A stretch of 64,000 nucleotides of DNA from an uncultured bacterium (lineage in GTDB: Bacteria > Patescibacteriota > Minisyncoccia > Phycocordibacterales > PALSA-1337). The position numbers and the translations under genes were made by a program. Position 1 is the first letter of the stretch; each line of letters starts with the position of its first letter. Under the pieces are notes generated by a model. That model ran no database searches. It was given only the letters and a program-made list of their open reading frames with translations, and was not told the origin of the DNA. Positions 16,357-27,296 of this stretch are shown here, piece after piece. The stretch lies in the NCBI GenBank assembly GCA_903825415.1, contig CAIKAN010000028.1:3474-67473 (forward strand), given 5' to 3'.

Positions 16357-17457
16357 TCAAATGAAAGTGATCTTCACTATCTCCGCCCTTGTCCCTACTC
16401 GTAGCGGCGGTCCCCAAGTGCCTGCACCGCTTGAAGTATAGACCTGCATTTTGCCGTAGCTGTGAAGCCCATAATCGTATCTTCTATATATCCACTTGGT
16501 GATGAAATTTAAGGGAAAGATCTGGGCGCGATGGGTATGTCCAGAGAGCTGTAGAGATATGCTGTGCTTCTCGGCGATGCTGAGAAGATCTGGTCGATGC
16601 TTGAGAAGTATTGAAGGTTCTCCATCATCTATATCTAGCCCCGCCAAATTATCTTCGAATCGCTTTGTTTTCGTCGAATCCTTGTCATTGACTCCTATGA
16701 TACGCAGTCCATCCAGATTCACAGCTTCATTGGCTAGGACATGGATACCAGCGCCACGTATGGCATCAGTGAATCTATCGCTGCTGCGGAATTCTTCATG
16801 GTTTCCGGTGATGAAATATGTGCCGAATGGGGCGCCTATCGTGGAGAGAGGGAAGATGATATCTTCGACATCGACCTTGACCCCATCATAGAGGTCTCCA
16901 CCGATGAAGACGATATTGGGATGCAGGCTCTTGATCATATCGGCTATCTTTTTCGCGAAGGCTTTGCCGCGGATCTGTCCGAGATGTAGGTCACTTACGA
17001 AGACGGCTGTCCTATTCTTCCAAGATAAAGGCAGATTGGGTATGGTTATAGAAATCTCTTTTTTGTATATATGCTTGGCATGGATCATCCCGTATATGGT
17101 CAAGACTGCGGAGATACAGATGAGGAAGATGCCGAATGATGACGGATTTGATCCAGGAGAGAAGATATTGCTGAGGGCAAAAGCGATGCTATATAGAAAG
17201 GAAGAGATGAATAGATAAGCGGATAGCCCGAGCCATATCGATGATGCTAGATATAATTTCCTTGAAGTCGCGCTATTAACGAAGCTTATCAGGAGAGATG
17301 AATATATGAAGCTGATCCAGAGGATGATGAATATCGCGCGTAATGTCCAAATCAGAGCAGGAGATTGGATAGCGAATATGCTGACGAACATGGCGTATAT
17401 GATCAAATGAAGCAGTGCTAGGAATGCTGTCGCTATGAAAATAAAGAGGATGATCAT
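16357..17457 (-). CDS. membrane-anchored calcineurin-like metallophosphoesterase
   Basis: Multi-TM N-terminus followed by VSDLHLG, GDLYD and GNHE phosphoesterase motifs. Confidence 0.75.
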   Translation of the reverse strand: MIILFIFIATAFLALLHLIIYAMFVSIFAIQSPALIWTLRAIFIILWISFIYSSLLISFVNSATSRKLYLASSIWLGLSAYLFISSFLYSIAFALSNIFSPGSNPSSFGIFLICISAVLTIYGMIHAKHIYKKEISITIPNLPLSWKNRTAVFVSDLHLGQIRGKAFAKKIADMIKSLHPNIVFIGGDLYDGVKVDVEDIIFPLSTIGAPFGTYFITGNHEEFRSSDRFTDAIRGAGIHVLANEAVNLDGLRIIGVNDKDSTKTKRFEDNLAGLDIDDGEPSILLKHRPDLLSIAEKHSISLQLSGHTHRAQIFPLNFITKWIYRRYDYGLHSYGKMQVYTSSGAGTWGPPLRVGTRAEIVKITFI

Positions 17458-17613
17458 AGGTTTGTTGAACGGTCTATACCTCTATCATATCATGTACTTC
17501 TTACACATGCGGCTTGTTAATGCTTTTTAACATTTACGGCTTCTTGCTTTATCAGTCAATGGGGAGTAGAATCTGAATAGGAACATAAAATATCATTAAT
17601 ACATAATAAATAT

Positions 17614-19614
17614 ATGAAGAAATACATCATTCTTTCAGTTTTTGTATCTACCTTGCTGGTGGCCGGATCGCTAATGGCCGTTCCAGCCCATGCGCAAGAA
17701 GCTTCTACAACTACTACGACTAGCTGCTATGCATTAACGAGAAATCTCGGTGAAGGCCGATCTATCAATTCTCAGGAAGCAGCGACTCTGGCCAAGGTCT
17801 TGAGCGATGCCGGTGTTTGGGATGCTGGGACTCCAATTACGGCATATACGGAAGAGGTCGCTTCAGCTGTTTCTGGATTCCAGCAAAAATATGCTTCTCA
17901 GATTTTGACTCCCAACAAGCTCACTTATGGCACAGGCTTTGTCGGTGCTTCGACTAGGGCAGAGATCAATAGTTTGTCAGGCTGTACAGTAACGAGCACA
18001 GCAGCTGATTCAAATGATACAATCGCTGCTTCCACGGCGAATATAGATCCCTATGCCTTCAGTGCCATGAATAGAGGGAATGGCGCAGCTCGATGCCCAG
18101 CGGGATATACCTGTACGCGTAAAGATGCGGCTCCGGCTCCCTTTGTTTGTCCAGCTGGATACACATGCAACCCTATAGGTTCCAAAGATAGTCAGCCTAC
18201 GAATGTGAGCCCTGTATCTGACTATACCAATAATTCATATAGTTATTCAAAAACATATTACTCCTCATCTATCGCATATCAGGGACCAACATTCACAACT
18301 GCTGACGGAGTCACTCTAGACACCAAGCTTGTCGACGCTTCGCAGGATAAGATCAGCGGCGATTTCAATCTAGGCGCTGGATTCGGCAATAGGAATCCGA
18401 ACGATTGGCATTGGTCCGCTTCCATCTCTTCTTCGCAAGCCAAGACGATCAGTACTATATTCATCCAGTCGAATACCGGTGGAGAGGGATGGTCGACTAC
18501 TGATAGCAACGCTTTGATGGGCAAGGTCTTGTATCCGATCAAGGTATTGCTCAATAGCTCTCCTTTGAACAGCTCGTATAATCAGAATTTCTCTTTGCCT
18601 TCTGGCCATACTTCATATGATCTATATGGACAACCAGAGACTACTCCTTTTGCTGGAGGGACTATCACCATTATTTTCTCTGATGGTACCGGCATAAGCT
18701 CAAATATACAGCCGTCTAGCATCACTCAATCATGGGCTAATATACAATCTACTCCGCCTATCCCGACTACTCCATATATCACCCCGATCAATCCGGTTAA
18801 CGCTTGTCCTACAGGATATAATTGTTCATCAACGACAAATAACAATTCAAACAATCAGACTCAGCTCTACATAAGCAGCATCAGTCCAGCCTTCGCAAGT
18901 TTTGCTGCCGGTCAATCAGGAACGTGGATAGTCAATAGCATCGATACCAAGCCCAATTACGGTGGCGTGTTATATTCAGCTGATTGGGGAGATCAGAGCA
19001 CGACTCCTGGACAATCCATCAATTCCTTCACTCATACGTATGCGAATCCTGGAGTCTATACTGCTACATTCACAGTGAGAGAGATCGTTTCGGGCATCAG
19101 CGTTCAAGCGACATCGGTCGTAAAGGTCGGAAATCCGGTACAAACTCAGACAGCCAAAGCTAGTCTTTCAGTCGATGCTTCGAATCCACCGACCGTCACG
19201 GTTGCCGTCTCAGATACTACCAACGGCCAATACCTAGCCTTGCCGATTTTGACCTTCGATATTAACTCACAGACGATGGCAGCTTTGAAAGCCGCGTCAG
19301 TACAGGTCACATCCTCACGGATATCGGCTGTAACGGCTGCATATCTCTATCAAGGCAGCAATCTGATCGCTTCAGCTTCGGTCTCTGGAGGCGTGGCTAG
19401 CTTCAGTAATATCAATGGCGTGAAGCTTCAGACGAATACAGCTACGCCATTCACAGTCAAAGTCGATATCTCCGGTATTCCGCCAAAAGATACATCGACA
19501 ACTGTTGTAGCCAGCGTCAGCTCTGATATGGTGACATTACAAGATACAAATGGCACTGCTGTGGTGCTATCTGGCAGCGTCTCGGGCAATACCATAACAG
19601 TCACCAATAATTAA
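17614..19614 (+). CDS. secreted Ser/Thr-rich protein with a PKD-like segment
   Basis: Signal peptide. Low-complexity S/T-rich repeats. GVYTATFTVREI is PKD-like. Confidence 0.45.
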   Translation: MKKYIILSVFVSTLLVAGSLMAVPAHAQEASTTTTTSCYALTRNLGEGRSINSQEAATLAKVLSDAGVWDAGTPITAYTEEVASAVSGFQQKYASQILTPNKLTYGTGFVGASTRAEINSLSGCTVTSTAADSNDTIAASTANIDPYAFSAMNRGNGAARCPAGYTCTRKDAAPAPFVCPAGYTCNPIGSKDSQPTNVSPVSDYTNNSYSYSKTYYSSSIAYQGPTFTTADGVTLDTKLVDASQDKISGDFNLGAGFGNRNPNDWHWSASISSSQAKTISTIFIQSNTGGEGWSTTDSNALMGKVLYPIKVLLNSSPLNSSYNQNFSLPSGHTSYDLYGQPETTPFAGGTITIIFSDGTGISSNIQPSSITQSWANIQSTPPIPTTPYITPINPVNACPTGYNCSSTTNNNSNNQTQLYISSISPAFASFAAGQSGTWIVNSIDTKPNYGGVLYSADWGDQSTTPGQSINSFTHTYANPGVYTATFTVREIVSGISVQATSVVKVGNPVQTQTAKASLSVDASNPPTVTVAVSDTTNGQYLALPILTFDINSQTMAALKAASVQVTSSRISAVTAAYLYQGSNLIASASVSGGVASFSNINGVKLQTNTATPFTVKVDISGIPPKDTSTTVVASVSSDMVTLQDTNGTAVVLSGSVSGNTITVTNN

Positions 19615-19668
19615 ACGGGGGATACCTAGAGGCTTTACTTAAATCCGTTCCTGTTTTATATTGGACTA

Positions 19669-19983
19669 ATGAAACCAGATTTCAAGAAGATGGGTGGGCT
19701 TTTGCCAGCGATCGTTCAGGATTCCGAGACCAAGGAAGTCTTGATGCTCGGATTTATGAATGAAGAAGCTTGGAAAAAGTCTTTCGAGACCGGCAGGGTC
19801 ACATTCTTCAGCAGGACTAGGAATAAGCTCTGGACCAAAGGCGAGACCTCAGGAAATTTCCTTCTGATCAAGGAGGCCTTCTTGGACTGTGACGATGATA
19901 CCGTTCTCATAAGAGTCGAGGCACAAGGACCTACTTGCCATACGGGAAGCGCTTCTTGTTTCTTTAAGGCAATAAAAAAATAA
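19669..19983 (+). CDS. hisI: phosphoribosyl-AMP cyclohydrolase
   Basis: LLPAIVQD…VLMLGFMN…[24 protein letters not shown]…CDDD…CHTG. Confidence 0.85.
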   Translation: MKPDFKKMGGLLPAIVQDSETKEVLMLGFMNEEAWKKSFETGRVTFFSRTRNKLWTKGETSGNFLLIKEAFLDCDDDTVLIRVEAQGPTCHTGSASCFFKAIKK

Positions 19984-19984
19984 T

Positions 19985-20860
19985 ATGAAGAAGATCTTAA
20001 AATTGGGGATCCCGAAAGGAAGCTTGCAAGAAGCGACTATAGACCTGTTCAAAAAGGCCGGCTTCAATATCCGTATCAGCGAGCGGTCGTACAAGCCGAC
20101 CATCGACGATGATACTATAGAATGCCGTTTGATCAGGGCGCAAGAGATACCGAAATACGTCGAGCAAGGAGTATTGGATGCTGGGCTTTCCGGAGAAGAT
20201 TGGATTCAGGAGACGAGCGCTGATGTGCATGGAGTGTCGGAGTTGGTGTATTCCAAGACTGGATTCGGCAAGATCAGGCTGGTCATCGCCGTCCCTGAGA
20301 GCTCGTCCATCAAGAGGGTCGAGGATCTGGAAGGCAAGAGGATCGCAACTGAGCTCGTGAATGTCACGAAATCATATCTGAAGAAGCATAAAGTCAAAGC
20401 GGAAGTCGAATTCTCATGGGGAGCTACGGAAGTCAAGGTCCCTGAATTGGTAGATGCCATCTCTGAGCTCACTGAGACTGGCTCTTCTCTGCGCGCCAAT
20501 AATCTGCGTGTCGTCGATGTGGTCATGGAATCCAGCACGAAATTCATAGCCAATAAGGCATCGATCAAGGATGCTTGGAAGAAGCAGAAGATAGATGATA
20601 TGGCCATGCTCCTCAAAGGCGCCTTGCTCGCTGCTGGCAATGTCGGACTCAAGATGAATGTGAGCAAAAAGAATCTGGCTTCTGTCATCTCCATGCTCCC
20701 AGCCATGAAAGATCCGACGGTCTCCAATCTCTATGGTGGAGATTCGGTGGCGATCGAGGTAGTGATCGAAGAAAAGACGGTCAGGGATATCATACCGAAG
20801 CTTATCAAAGCGGGTGCGGAGGGGATAGTAGAGTATCCGCTGAATAAGGTCATCCGTTAA
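19985..20860 (+). CDS. hisG: ATP phosphoribosyltransferase (long form)
   Basis: 291 aa. [10 protein letters not shown]…[23 protein letters not shown]… plus a C-terminal regulatory domain. Confidence 0.85.
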   Translation: MKKILKLGIPKGSLQEATIDLFKKAGFNIRISERSYKPTIDDDTIECRLIRAQEIPKYVEQGVLDAGLSGEDWIQETSADVHGVSELVYSKTGFGKIRLVIAVPESSSIKRVEDLEGKRIATELVNVTKSYLKKHKVKAEVEFSWGATEVKVPELVDAISELTETGSSLRANNLRVVDVVMESSTKFIANKASIKDAWKKQKIDDMAMLLKGALLAAGNVGLKMNVSKKNLASVISMLPAMKDPTVSNLYGGDSVAIEVVIEEKTVRDIIPKLIKAGAEGIVEYPLNKVIR

Positions 20861-20910
20861 AGCCCTTTTGCTCGATATAGGTAGAGCGGGTATCTGATAT
20901 AATCTCTGTT

Positions 20911-21639
20911 ATGACGACTTTCCAAAAAATATTCAATGCTACAGTTTTTGTTGTATTTGCTTTTATCCTCATAGGTGGCTTCATCTGGTACAGGCATGAT
21001 TCCGAAGTCCTGCAGGACGGTCACGATATTTCTGGAGCTGTATCGTCGTCTGGCATGGCCAATCAAAGTCCAACGACGGTGCCTGTAAAATTGAGCCATC
21101 ATGATATCAGCATGAACTCTCCCTGGGGGGCTGAGATGAGCTATAAAGGCGGAAAGGGTATCGGCCAGTACACTTTCGCTAGTGGAGCCAAGATGGCGGT
21201 ACTTGTTTACAAAAATGGCCCGAGGGAGCAGATAGAACAGGATACTAGCCTTACTGCTTCTGAAAAAGAGAGCTATGAGCCCCTGTTCCAGCTGCTTTCA
21301 TCTAAATTCGGCCACGATTTTACTTCGTATGAGTTTTTGCGATTAGTCATGGAAACAAAGCAAAAGGATATCGATGATGCAACGTCTACTATGGCGAGAC
21401 AGGGTTATGCGAAAGCGCTAGAGCTCAAGCCAGATCTTCTATTCGGATCTGATTCACCTTTCAAATTCGCCAACAGGAGCGGTGGCGGATTCATTTACAT
21501 GACCAAGGATTATTCAGTGCCCATAGGACTCGATTATTTTGATAAGAATGATGATAGGTTCACTTTCATGTTCCCAAGGATGAAAGAGATAACAAAGCCA
21601 GATATAGAGATCATGATGAATTCTGTGACAGGCTTATAG
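20911..21639 (+). CDS. hypothetical membrane-anchored protein
   Basis: N-terminal TM. No motif recognised. Confidence 0.4.
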   Translation: MTTFQKIFNATVFVVFAFILIGGFIWYRHDSEVLQDGHDISGAVSSSGMANQSPTTVPVKLSHHDISMNSPWGAEMSYKGGKGIGQYTFASGAKMAVLVYKNGPREQIEQDTSLTASEKESYEPLFQLLSSKFGHDFTSYEFLRLVMETKQKDIDDATSTMARQGYAKALELKPDLLFGSDSPFKFANRSGGGFIYMTKDYSVPIGLDYFDKNDDRFTFMFPRMKEITKPDIEIMMNSVTGL

Positions 21640-21855
21640 CGGTTGGGGGATGGAATGCTTTAGCTTGGATACGAAATAGCCTTATTTATAGGGCTATTAC
21701 AGCATACAATACTCTCGCGAATATACTTGACAAACGATACCAATATGTGCTAGTATACAAGCAGATCACAACAGCTTATTGAAAGACTCGCTCGTAGAGA
21801 GGGGTCAACAAATAAGTGGTAAAACGCCCAGTTGTGAACAACAAACCAGAGTTCT

Positions 21856-22482
21856 ATGAAATCAATTCGTCAATTCGTTCTCGCGGCGGTCTTTTCCGCC
21901 GCCCTGTCCTTCACCGCCATCGCCCAAGAAATTCCCACCGGGTCGTATGTGGCCCATCCCACTCCAGACGGCATCGGTGTCGTTTGGAACGACACCAATT
22001 ATTTGTCAGTCGAGTTCGGCACAAATATTGTCATGTCGTTCGCCGTCGATGGTGGGGAAAACTATGTCTGGGATCAGTCGGGGAAAGTGACAGGCACACG
22101 AGTGTTCGCTGACCCCAGTAAATGGTTAAAGTTCGCGTCGAACGTCCTGGCGGACTTCTACCTTTCCCCTACGGGGGACTGGTATGTCGAGAAGACCCCT
22201 TGGGTCTTCATGGGTAAATCCGTGCTCGTCGAGCACGGGGAGACACCCGATAGTCGCAGGGCTCTGGTTTTTGCCAGATCAAGCGACTATAAGTCCATTC
22301 CGCTCCCCGAATGGATGGGGCCGATTCCGAAGAAACTCGAGGCGGTGACAATCGGCCAGACCGACAGCGGGGACCTCTACTTCTTCCCCGCGACTGCGAC
22401 ATTGGATGGCAGGTTCATGCCGTCCGACGCGCTGCTGAAGCAGCTTGAAAAAGACAGAAAGGAAGTAGCCGGCGAAAAGTAG
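21856..22482 (+). CDS. hypothetical secreted protein (signal peptide) in a locally GC-rich patch
   Basis: Signal-peptide-like N-terminus. GC content is visibly higher than in the flanks. Confidence 0.4.
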   Translation: MKSIRQFVLAAVFSAALSFTAIAQEIPTGSYVAHPTPDGIGVVWNDTNYLSVEFGTNIVMSFAVDGGENYVWDQSGKVTGTRVFADPSKWLKFASNVLADFYLSPTGDWYVEKTPWVFMGKSVLVEHGETPDSRRALVFARSSDYKSIPLPEWMGPIPKKLEAVTIGQTDSGDLYFFPATATLDGRFMPSDALLKQLEKDRKEVAGEK

Positions 22483-22864
22483 CTTCGCGGAACTTGCGTT
22501 TCGAACCCCTCGGGCAATCCGGCCTGGGGGGTTTATTATTTATATGTAATGAAATACCAACTTACCATGGTCTATTGACATGTAGTCAGTGGAGAGGTAG
22601 CCTTAAAGTGAAGTGATCTTTGTCAAGGTCATTCCTAGTAGAAACAAAAACAGTATTTCTCGCGGAAGCGGGAACATGGAAGGAATAAATCTATGAAGAA
22701 GCTGATAGCAGCTTATGACAGGCTTGATGCTTGGGTGGACAAGCGCCTGTCACGCAAACAGCAAGTCGTTCTCTCGGGCATCGCAATCCTCTTGTTTATT
22801 TGGGGGATTGTGGAGTTTAACAACTACACCAACCATCAAGCGGTTAAAGAGTACAGGCTTCACC

Positions 22865-23437
22865 ATGAAAATAAAGCTGGGTAGGATCATTGGCTCTGTT
22901 CTCGTGGTTGTAGTCGTCTCCATTGCAGTTGTTGCTGTGGGAACTGTTGCAGTTACTTGTGCCATAAGATGGTGCAGAACACTTGATAACTCACCATTAC
23001 CCAATCGTTTCAAGAACGACGACACGATGAGAGCACCAGCACCAGCAGGTACTAATGGTATTATGGTCTTGTCTCAAATCGGCCATTATTTCATTGTGGT
23101 CACAGATGAAGTCTCGCTTTTATCTGTAGACTTGCCACAGGTTCATCCAGTCGTTCAGATGACGATAGTGACCAATAGGGTCGTATTGTCTATGACGAAC
23201 GATGCCTCATGGCAAACGCCCGACCTCCAGCGGTATTTCGACAAGAACGGCTTTCCCGTCAATTCAGCTTGGGGTTCGGTGAGCGGCGATATGACTGTCG
23301 CCATTCAAAGGACTACCAACTTCATGTACTGGGAGACGCTCGCTTCGGGAGTGCCTATCTGGTTGAACAAGACCAACTTCTACCAGGACTTATCCGCTAC
23401 GAATGGCTCTTTTTACTTCTATCGGACAGTTCAATAA
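22865..23437 (+). CDS. hypothetical membrane-anchored protein (the track ORF starts at 22715; the internal Met before the TM helix is more plausible)
   Basis: MKIKLGRIIGSVLVVVVVSIAVVAV… TM anchor. A terminator follows. Confidence 0.3.
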   Translation: MKIKLGRIIGSVLVVVVVSIAVVAVGTVAVTCAIRWCRTLDNSPLPNRFKNDDTMRAPAPAGTNGIMVLSQIGHYFIVVTDEVSLLSVDLPQVHPVVQMTIVTNRVVLSMTNDASWQTPDLQRYFDKNGFPVNSAWGSVSGDMTVAIQRTTNFMYWETLASGVPIWLNKTNFYQDLSATNGSFYFYRTVQ

Positions 23438-23461
23438 CAATGAGCAATGATCTTGCTCGGC

Positions 23462-23493
23462 AGGGCGGCAGTGTATCGCCGCCCTTTTATAAT
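23462..23493 (+). terminator. rho-independent terminator
   Basis: GGGCGGCagtgtatCGCCGCCC followed by TTTT. Confidence 0.6.
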
Positions 23494-23733
23494 ACCCGGA
23501 AAATTTACGGTTTGTGCTTCACGTTAGAATTTACCCCCCACTCCTTGACAACCAATCCATACATGTTACACTCATGCGGTAACTCAATCTCACGGTTTTT
23601 CTTTTTAGGAGATACTCTTAAATCGTTCAAGTTAGGGCCTACAAGCTTTATCTAAAAAACTCTCAGACAACCGATTAGCATAACTACGGTATGAGGATTA
23701 AGTTATCGGACGAGAGTCCCTAAAAGAAATACT

Positions 23734-24978
23734 ATGTTCAGACAATCATCAGGGTCACATTTTCGTGCTGCTGGAAGCCATGCACCCGCAAGGTCTTTCA
23801 ATTATCGCGCACCGAAGCGCTCTTTCGGAGGGCGGGGCGGAGGGGGCAGGAATGGTAATAACAGGAATATGGGGGATCGTATAGATCCAGCCAGATTCGT
23901 GAATAAGGCGGTCATCACTGAGACGGCCGATCATTTCATTCCCGTGAATAAATTCCAGGATTTCAAGATCGATGAGACTTTGAAACAGGCTATTATTAAA
24001 AAAGGTTACATTGATCCGACACCTATTCAAGACAAGGCTATACCGCATGTCTTACAAAATGTAGATGTCATAGGCATTGCCAATACGGGTACAGGCAAGA
24101 CGGCGGCTTTTCTCATACCGCTAATAAATAAAGTTCTCCATAACAGGCAGGAACAGATCATGATAGTTGTGCCAACGAGGGAATTGGCGATTCAGATAGA
24201 CCAAGAATTCAAAGGCTTCGCAAAAGACCTGAAAATGTATTCAGTCTGTTGTGTTGGCGGCATGAATATCTTCCCGCAGATCAAGCAGCTGCGCTATTTG
24301 AATAACTTCGTGATCGGTACGCCAGGACGCCTCAAGGATCTTATAGACAGGAAGAACATAACCCTTTCGAAATTTAATACCATCGTTCTCGATGAAGCTG
24401 ATCGCATGCTCGATATGGGATTCATTCAGGATATGCGTGCCATCATGGCAGGAATGCCCAAGACTCGTCAGACGCTATTCTTCTCCGCGACGGTATGTCC
24501 AGAGATCGAAAAGCTCATCAAGGAGTTCTTGAAGGAGCCAGTCAGGATCTCGGTCAAGAATAGGGATACGGCCAAGAATGTCGATCAGGATGTGATCAGG
24601 GTCAATGTGGGCAAGAATAAATTCGACGTTCTGAGCGATCTTTTGAAACAAAAAGAATTTTGCAAGGTCCTTGTCTTCGGACGCACCAAGCATGGAGTGG
24701 AAAGGCTTTCCAAGCTGCTTTCGGATAGGGGATTCAAGGCGGAGTCGATTCACGGAAATAAGAATCATTCAGGACGCCAGCGAGCACTCAAATCATTCAA
24801 GGAAAATCAGATCCAAGTCTTGGTGGCGACTGATGTGGCCGCCCGCGGTCTCGATATACCAGACGTAAGCCACGTGATCAATTTCGATCTGCCAGCTACT
24901 TATGATGACTATGTGCATCGTATCGGCAGGACGGGGAGGAGTAATAAGATGGGAAAGGCGCTCACTTTTGTCGACTAA
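23734..24978 (+). CDS. DEAD-box ATP-dependent RNA helicase with a Gly/Arg-rich N-terminal tail
   Basis: Motifs GKTAAF (Walker A), DEAD, SAT and HRIGRTGR. Confidence 0.85.
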   Translation: MFRQSSGSHFRAAGSHAPARSFNYRAPKRSFGGRGGGGRNGNNRNMGDRIDPARFVNKAVITETADHFIPVNKFQDFKIDETLKQAIIKKGYIDPTPIQDKAIPHVLQNVDVIGIANTGTGKTAAFLIPLINKVLHNRQEQIMIVVPTRELAIQIDQEFKGFAKDLKMYSVCCVGGMNIFPQIKQLRYLNNFVIGTPGRLKDLIDRKNITLSKFNTIVLDEADRMLDMGFIQDMRAIMAGMPKTRQTLFFSATVCPEIEKLIKEFLKEPVRISVKNRDTAKNVDQDVIRVNVGKNKFDVLSDLLKQKEFCKVLVFGRTKHGVERLSKLLSDRGFKAESIHGNKNHSGRQRALKSFKENQIQVLVATDVAARGLDIPDVSHVINFDLPATYDDYVHRIGRTGRSNKMGKALTFVD

Positions 24979-25000
24979 GATTCTCAGTACCAGCAAGTTG

Positions 25001-25135
25001 GCGCATATCATTTTCTCTGCATTGGTTAAAATCGCCTCCGCCGACTGCATCCATATCTTGCCTTACCGGAGGCGGCAAGATATGGGCAATTGTAGTTTCG
25101 GCTCAATCGCATTAACCCATGCGAAAGAAACTACA
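25001..25135. repeat. palindromic element, family 2, copy 1 (MITE/RPE-like)
   Basis: Conserved core AATCGCCTCCGCC…ATATCTTGCCTTACCGGAGGCGGCAAGATATGGGCAATTG…ATCGCATT. It is flanked by a copy-specific inverted repeat GCATTGGTTAA / TTAACCCATGC. Confidence 0.6.
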
Positions 25136-25192
25136 TTCACGAAGCTCGCAGGGAGGAGCGTTTACACATCATTCGGAGATTCGGCCTGAAGC

Positions 25193-26002
25193 GTGTTAGA
25201 ATATGGCAAAACAATCATGGCCAAATCGTTGAAAAGAGAGCAGAAGAACAAAAGGGAGGAGAATTGGCTTCATAGGCGCGTACATTGGCGATCCGCAGCT
25301 ATCGCTCTCACGATAGTTACAATAGCAGGAGTGCTCATCTTAAATAGAGGGATCACGATCATCATATCTAGCGATCAATATCCTACATACGCCTCTATGC
25401 CCATAAAGGAGATAGTTCGTGGCGATGCGACCAAAAAACAGGTCATCTTTACTTTCGATGGAGGAGATGGAGTGCAATCAGCAGATAAGATCATGACGGT
25501 TCTAGCGGAGCATAAGGTTACGGGCACTTTCTTTTTGACAGGAAAATTCGTCGAGAAGAATCCTATACTCGTGAGAAAAATGGCTTTATCGGGAAATGAG
25601 ATATTCAATCATACTTATGATCATCCGCATCTGCCGGAATTATCTGCCGAAGAGATCGGGCGTGAATTGGCGATGATGGATCAAACTACAGAAAGAGTGA
25701 GTCGTTATATTCCAAGGAAATATTTTCGTGCTCCCTATGGCGATCGTGATCAGAGGGTCTTGGCGGCCGCGCAGGCAGCAGGTTATGAATCGATTTATTG
25801 GACAGTCGATGCCCGCGATTGGCAAGAACCGGAGGGGGAGACTGATGCCTCGGTCAAGGCGCGTATCCTCTCGACCCTTGCTCCAGGAAATATCTATCTC
25901 ATGCATATAGGCGATAATATCACTGGCAATATACTCGATAGCGTTTTTACCGAGATCGAGAAGCGCGGATACAAGATCGTTTCTCTCACACAGGGGTTGT
26001 AA
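25193..26002 (+). CDS. polysaccharide deacetylase (NodB-type carbohydrate esterase family 4)
   Basis: FTFDGGDG and HTYDHPH motifs. N-terminal TM. Confidence 0.75.
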   Translation: MLEYGKTIMAKSLKREQKNKREENWLHRRVHWRSAAIALTIVTIAGVLILNRGITIIISSDQYPTYASMPIKEIVRGDATKKQVIFTFDGGDGVQSADKIMTVLAEHKVTGTFFLTGKFVEKNPILVRKMALSGNEIFNHTYDHPHLPELSAEEIGRELAMMDQTTERVSRYIPRKYFRAPYGDRDQRVLAAAQAAGYESIYWTVDARDWQEPEGETDASVKARILSTLAPGNIYLMHIGDNITGNILDSVFTEIEKRGYKIVSLTQGL

Positions 26003-26227
26003 TAGCTGGATTTTCTTCGCAGACGAAAGCGTAGGTTTGTCTTAGTTTTGGATCTGCGGGACTCGCGTCTTAAATTGCAAGGTTTTTCGGCTCGACGGAG
26101 CGACCAAAAAACCTAGCAATTTTACGACGCTCAAACACCGTCCTCGATCCAAAACTAAGACAAACCTCCGCTTTCGTCCGCGGCACGGGTTTGCTCTTTA
26201 TCATTTGTTCACTTATAATCAAGCCCT

Positions 26228-26878
26228 ATGAATACAAAAAGAATCGTCTTCTGGCTCATATTCGCCGTAGTTATAATCTTGATAGTTTGGGGTCTCATCG
26301 TTGCTATGAATAAGCCGCCCAAAGGCAGCAGTTTTGGCATACCGGCGCCTGTGACTTTGGCTGATCATATCACTGGCCCTGCGAATGCTCCTGTTACTCT
26401 GATCGAATATAGCGACTTCCAATGTCCAGCTTGCGAGAATTATTATCCGGTCGTCGAAAGGCTCCTTTCGGAGAGTTCGACTACTCTACGTGTCGTCTAT
26501 AGGCAATTTCCTCTTTCACAGCATGCCAATGCTATGCCTGCCGCTATGGCCTCCGAAGCAGCTGGCGCGCAAGGCAAATTCTGGGAGATGTATCGTGAAT
26601 TATTCTCGAATCATACCGATTGGACCGAGCTGACAAATCCTACGGATGTATTCGTAGGCTATGCTACGAAGATCGGTCTCGATATCCCCAAATTCAAGGC
26701 TGATCTGGCTAGCTCGACTCTTCGAGATATCGTGAATGCCGATGAGCAGGAGGGTATATCTTTGGGAATCAATTCTACGCCCACATTCTTTGTGAATGGA
26801 AAAGTCCTCGTTAATCCGGAAAATTATGACCAATTTAAAGCCATTATTGACTCGGCCGCTCAGGCCAGTGTCCAATAA
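26228..26878 (+). CDS. DsbA-like thiol:disulfide oxidoreductase
   Basis: N-terminal TM and CPAC active site (YSDFQCPACENYYP). Confidence 0.7.
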   Translation: MNTKRIVFWLIFAVVIILIVWGLIVAMNKPPKGSSFGIPAPVTLADHITGPANAPVTLIEYSDFQCPACENYYPVVERLLSESSTTLRVVYRQFPLSQHANAMPAAMASEAAGAQGKFWEMYRELFSNHTDWTELTNPTDVFVGYATKIGLDIPKFKADLASSTLRDIVNADEQEGISLGINSTPTFFVNGKVLVNPENYDQFKAIIDSAAQASVQ

Positions 26879-27296
26879 GATAATCATCTTCGCCTTTCTT
26901 GTGGCGCTCATCGGCTTTTGCGATGCCACATATCTCTCCATCGAGCATTTCCGGGGAGTGGTTCCGCCTTGCTCCATTACTGCAGGCTGTGAAAAAGTCT
27001 TAACCAGCTCATATGCAGTTGTCGCAGGTATTCCTGTTTCGCTGGCCGGGTCTTTTTATTATCTTGTTGTTCTTATCGGGCTCCTTGCTTATTTGGAAAG
27101 CGGCAATCTCAAGATACTCAAACAGACTCTATTTTTGACCTTCTTGGGATTGTTGGCTTCTCTCGGCTTCATCTATGTTCAAGTGTTCATAATCGGCTCA
27201 TATTGTTTATATTGCATGGGCTCGGCCATCACATCTACGATCCTATTCGTTACAGCGGTGGGTATTATCAATAGTCAGCCTCATTTCCATGAATGA
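26865..27296 (+). CDS. vitamin K epoxide reductase (VKOR) family protein, a DsbB-like partner for the adjacent DsbA
   Basis: TM helices with the CDATYL…C and CLYCMG (CxxC) VKOR signatures. The track ORF starts at 26796 inside dsbA, so a later alternative start (GTG at about 26866) is likely. Confidence 0.55.
   Translation, partial: PVSNKIIIFAFLVALIGFCDATYLSIEHFRGVVPPCSITAGCEKVLTSSYAVVAGIPVSLAGSFYYLVVLIGLLAYLESGNLKILKQTLFLTFLGLLASLGFIYVQVFIIGSYCLYCMGSAITSTILFVTAVGIINSQPHFHE

Noticed and set aside
22693-22884. 63-aa TM ORF versus the overlapping 240-aa ORF 22715-23437
   Set aside because: Both cannot be fully translated. The long ORF's first 50 codons look non-coding, so an internal start at 22865 was preferred. 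The 63-aa ORF remains possible but unsupported.
26796-26878. DsbA-VKOR fusion protein
   Set aside because: The two ORFs are in different frames. No simple single-base frameshift joins them sensibly. An alternative VKOR start near 26866 is the simpler explanation.
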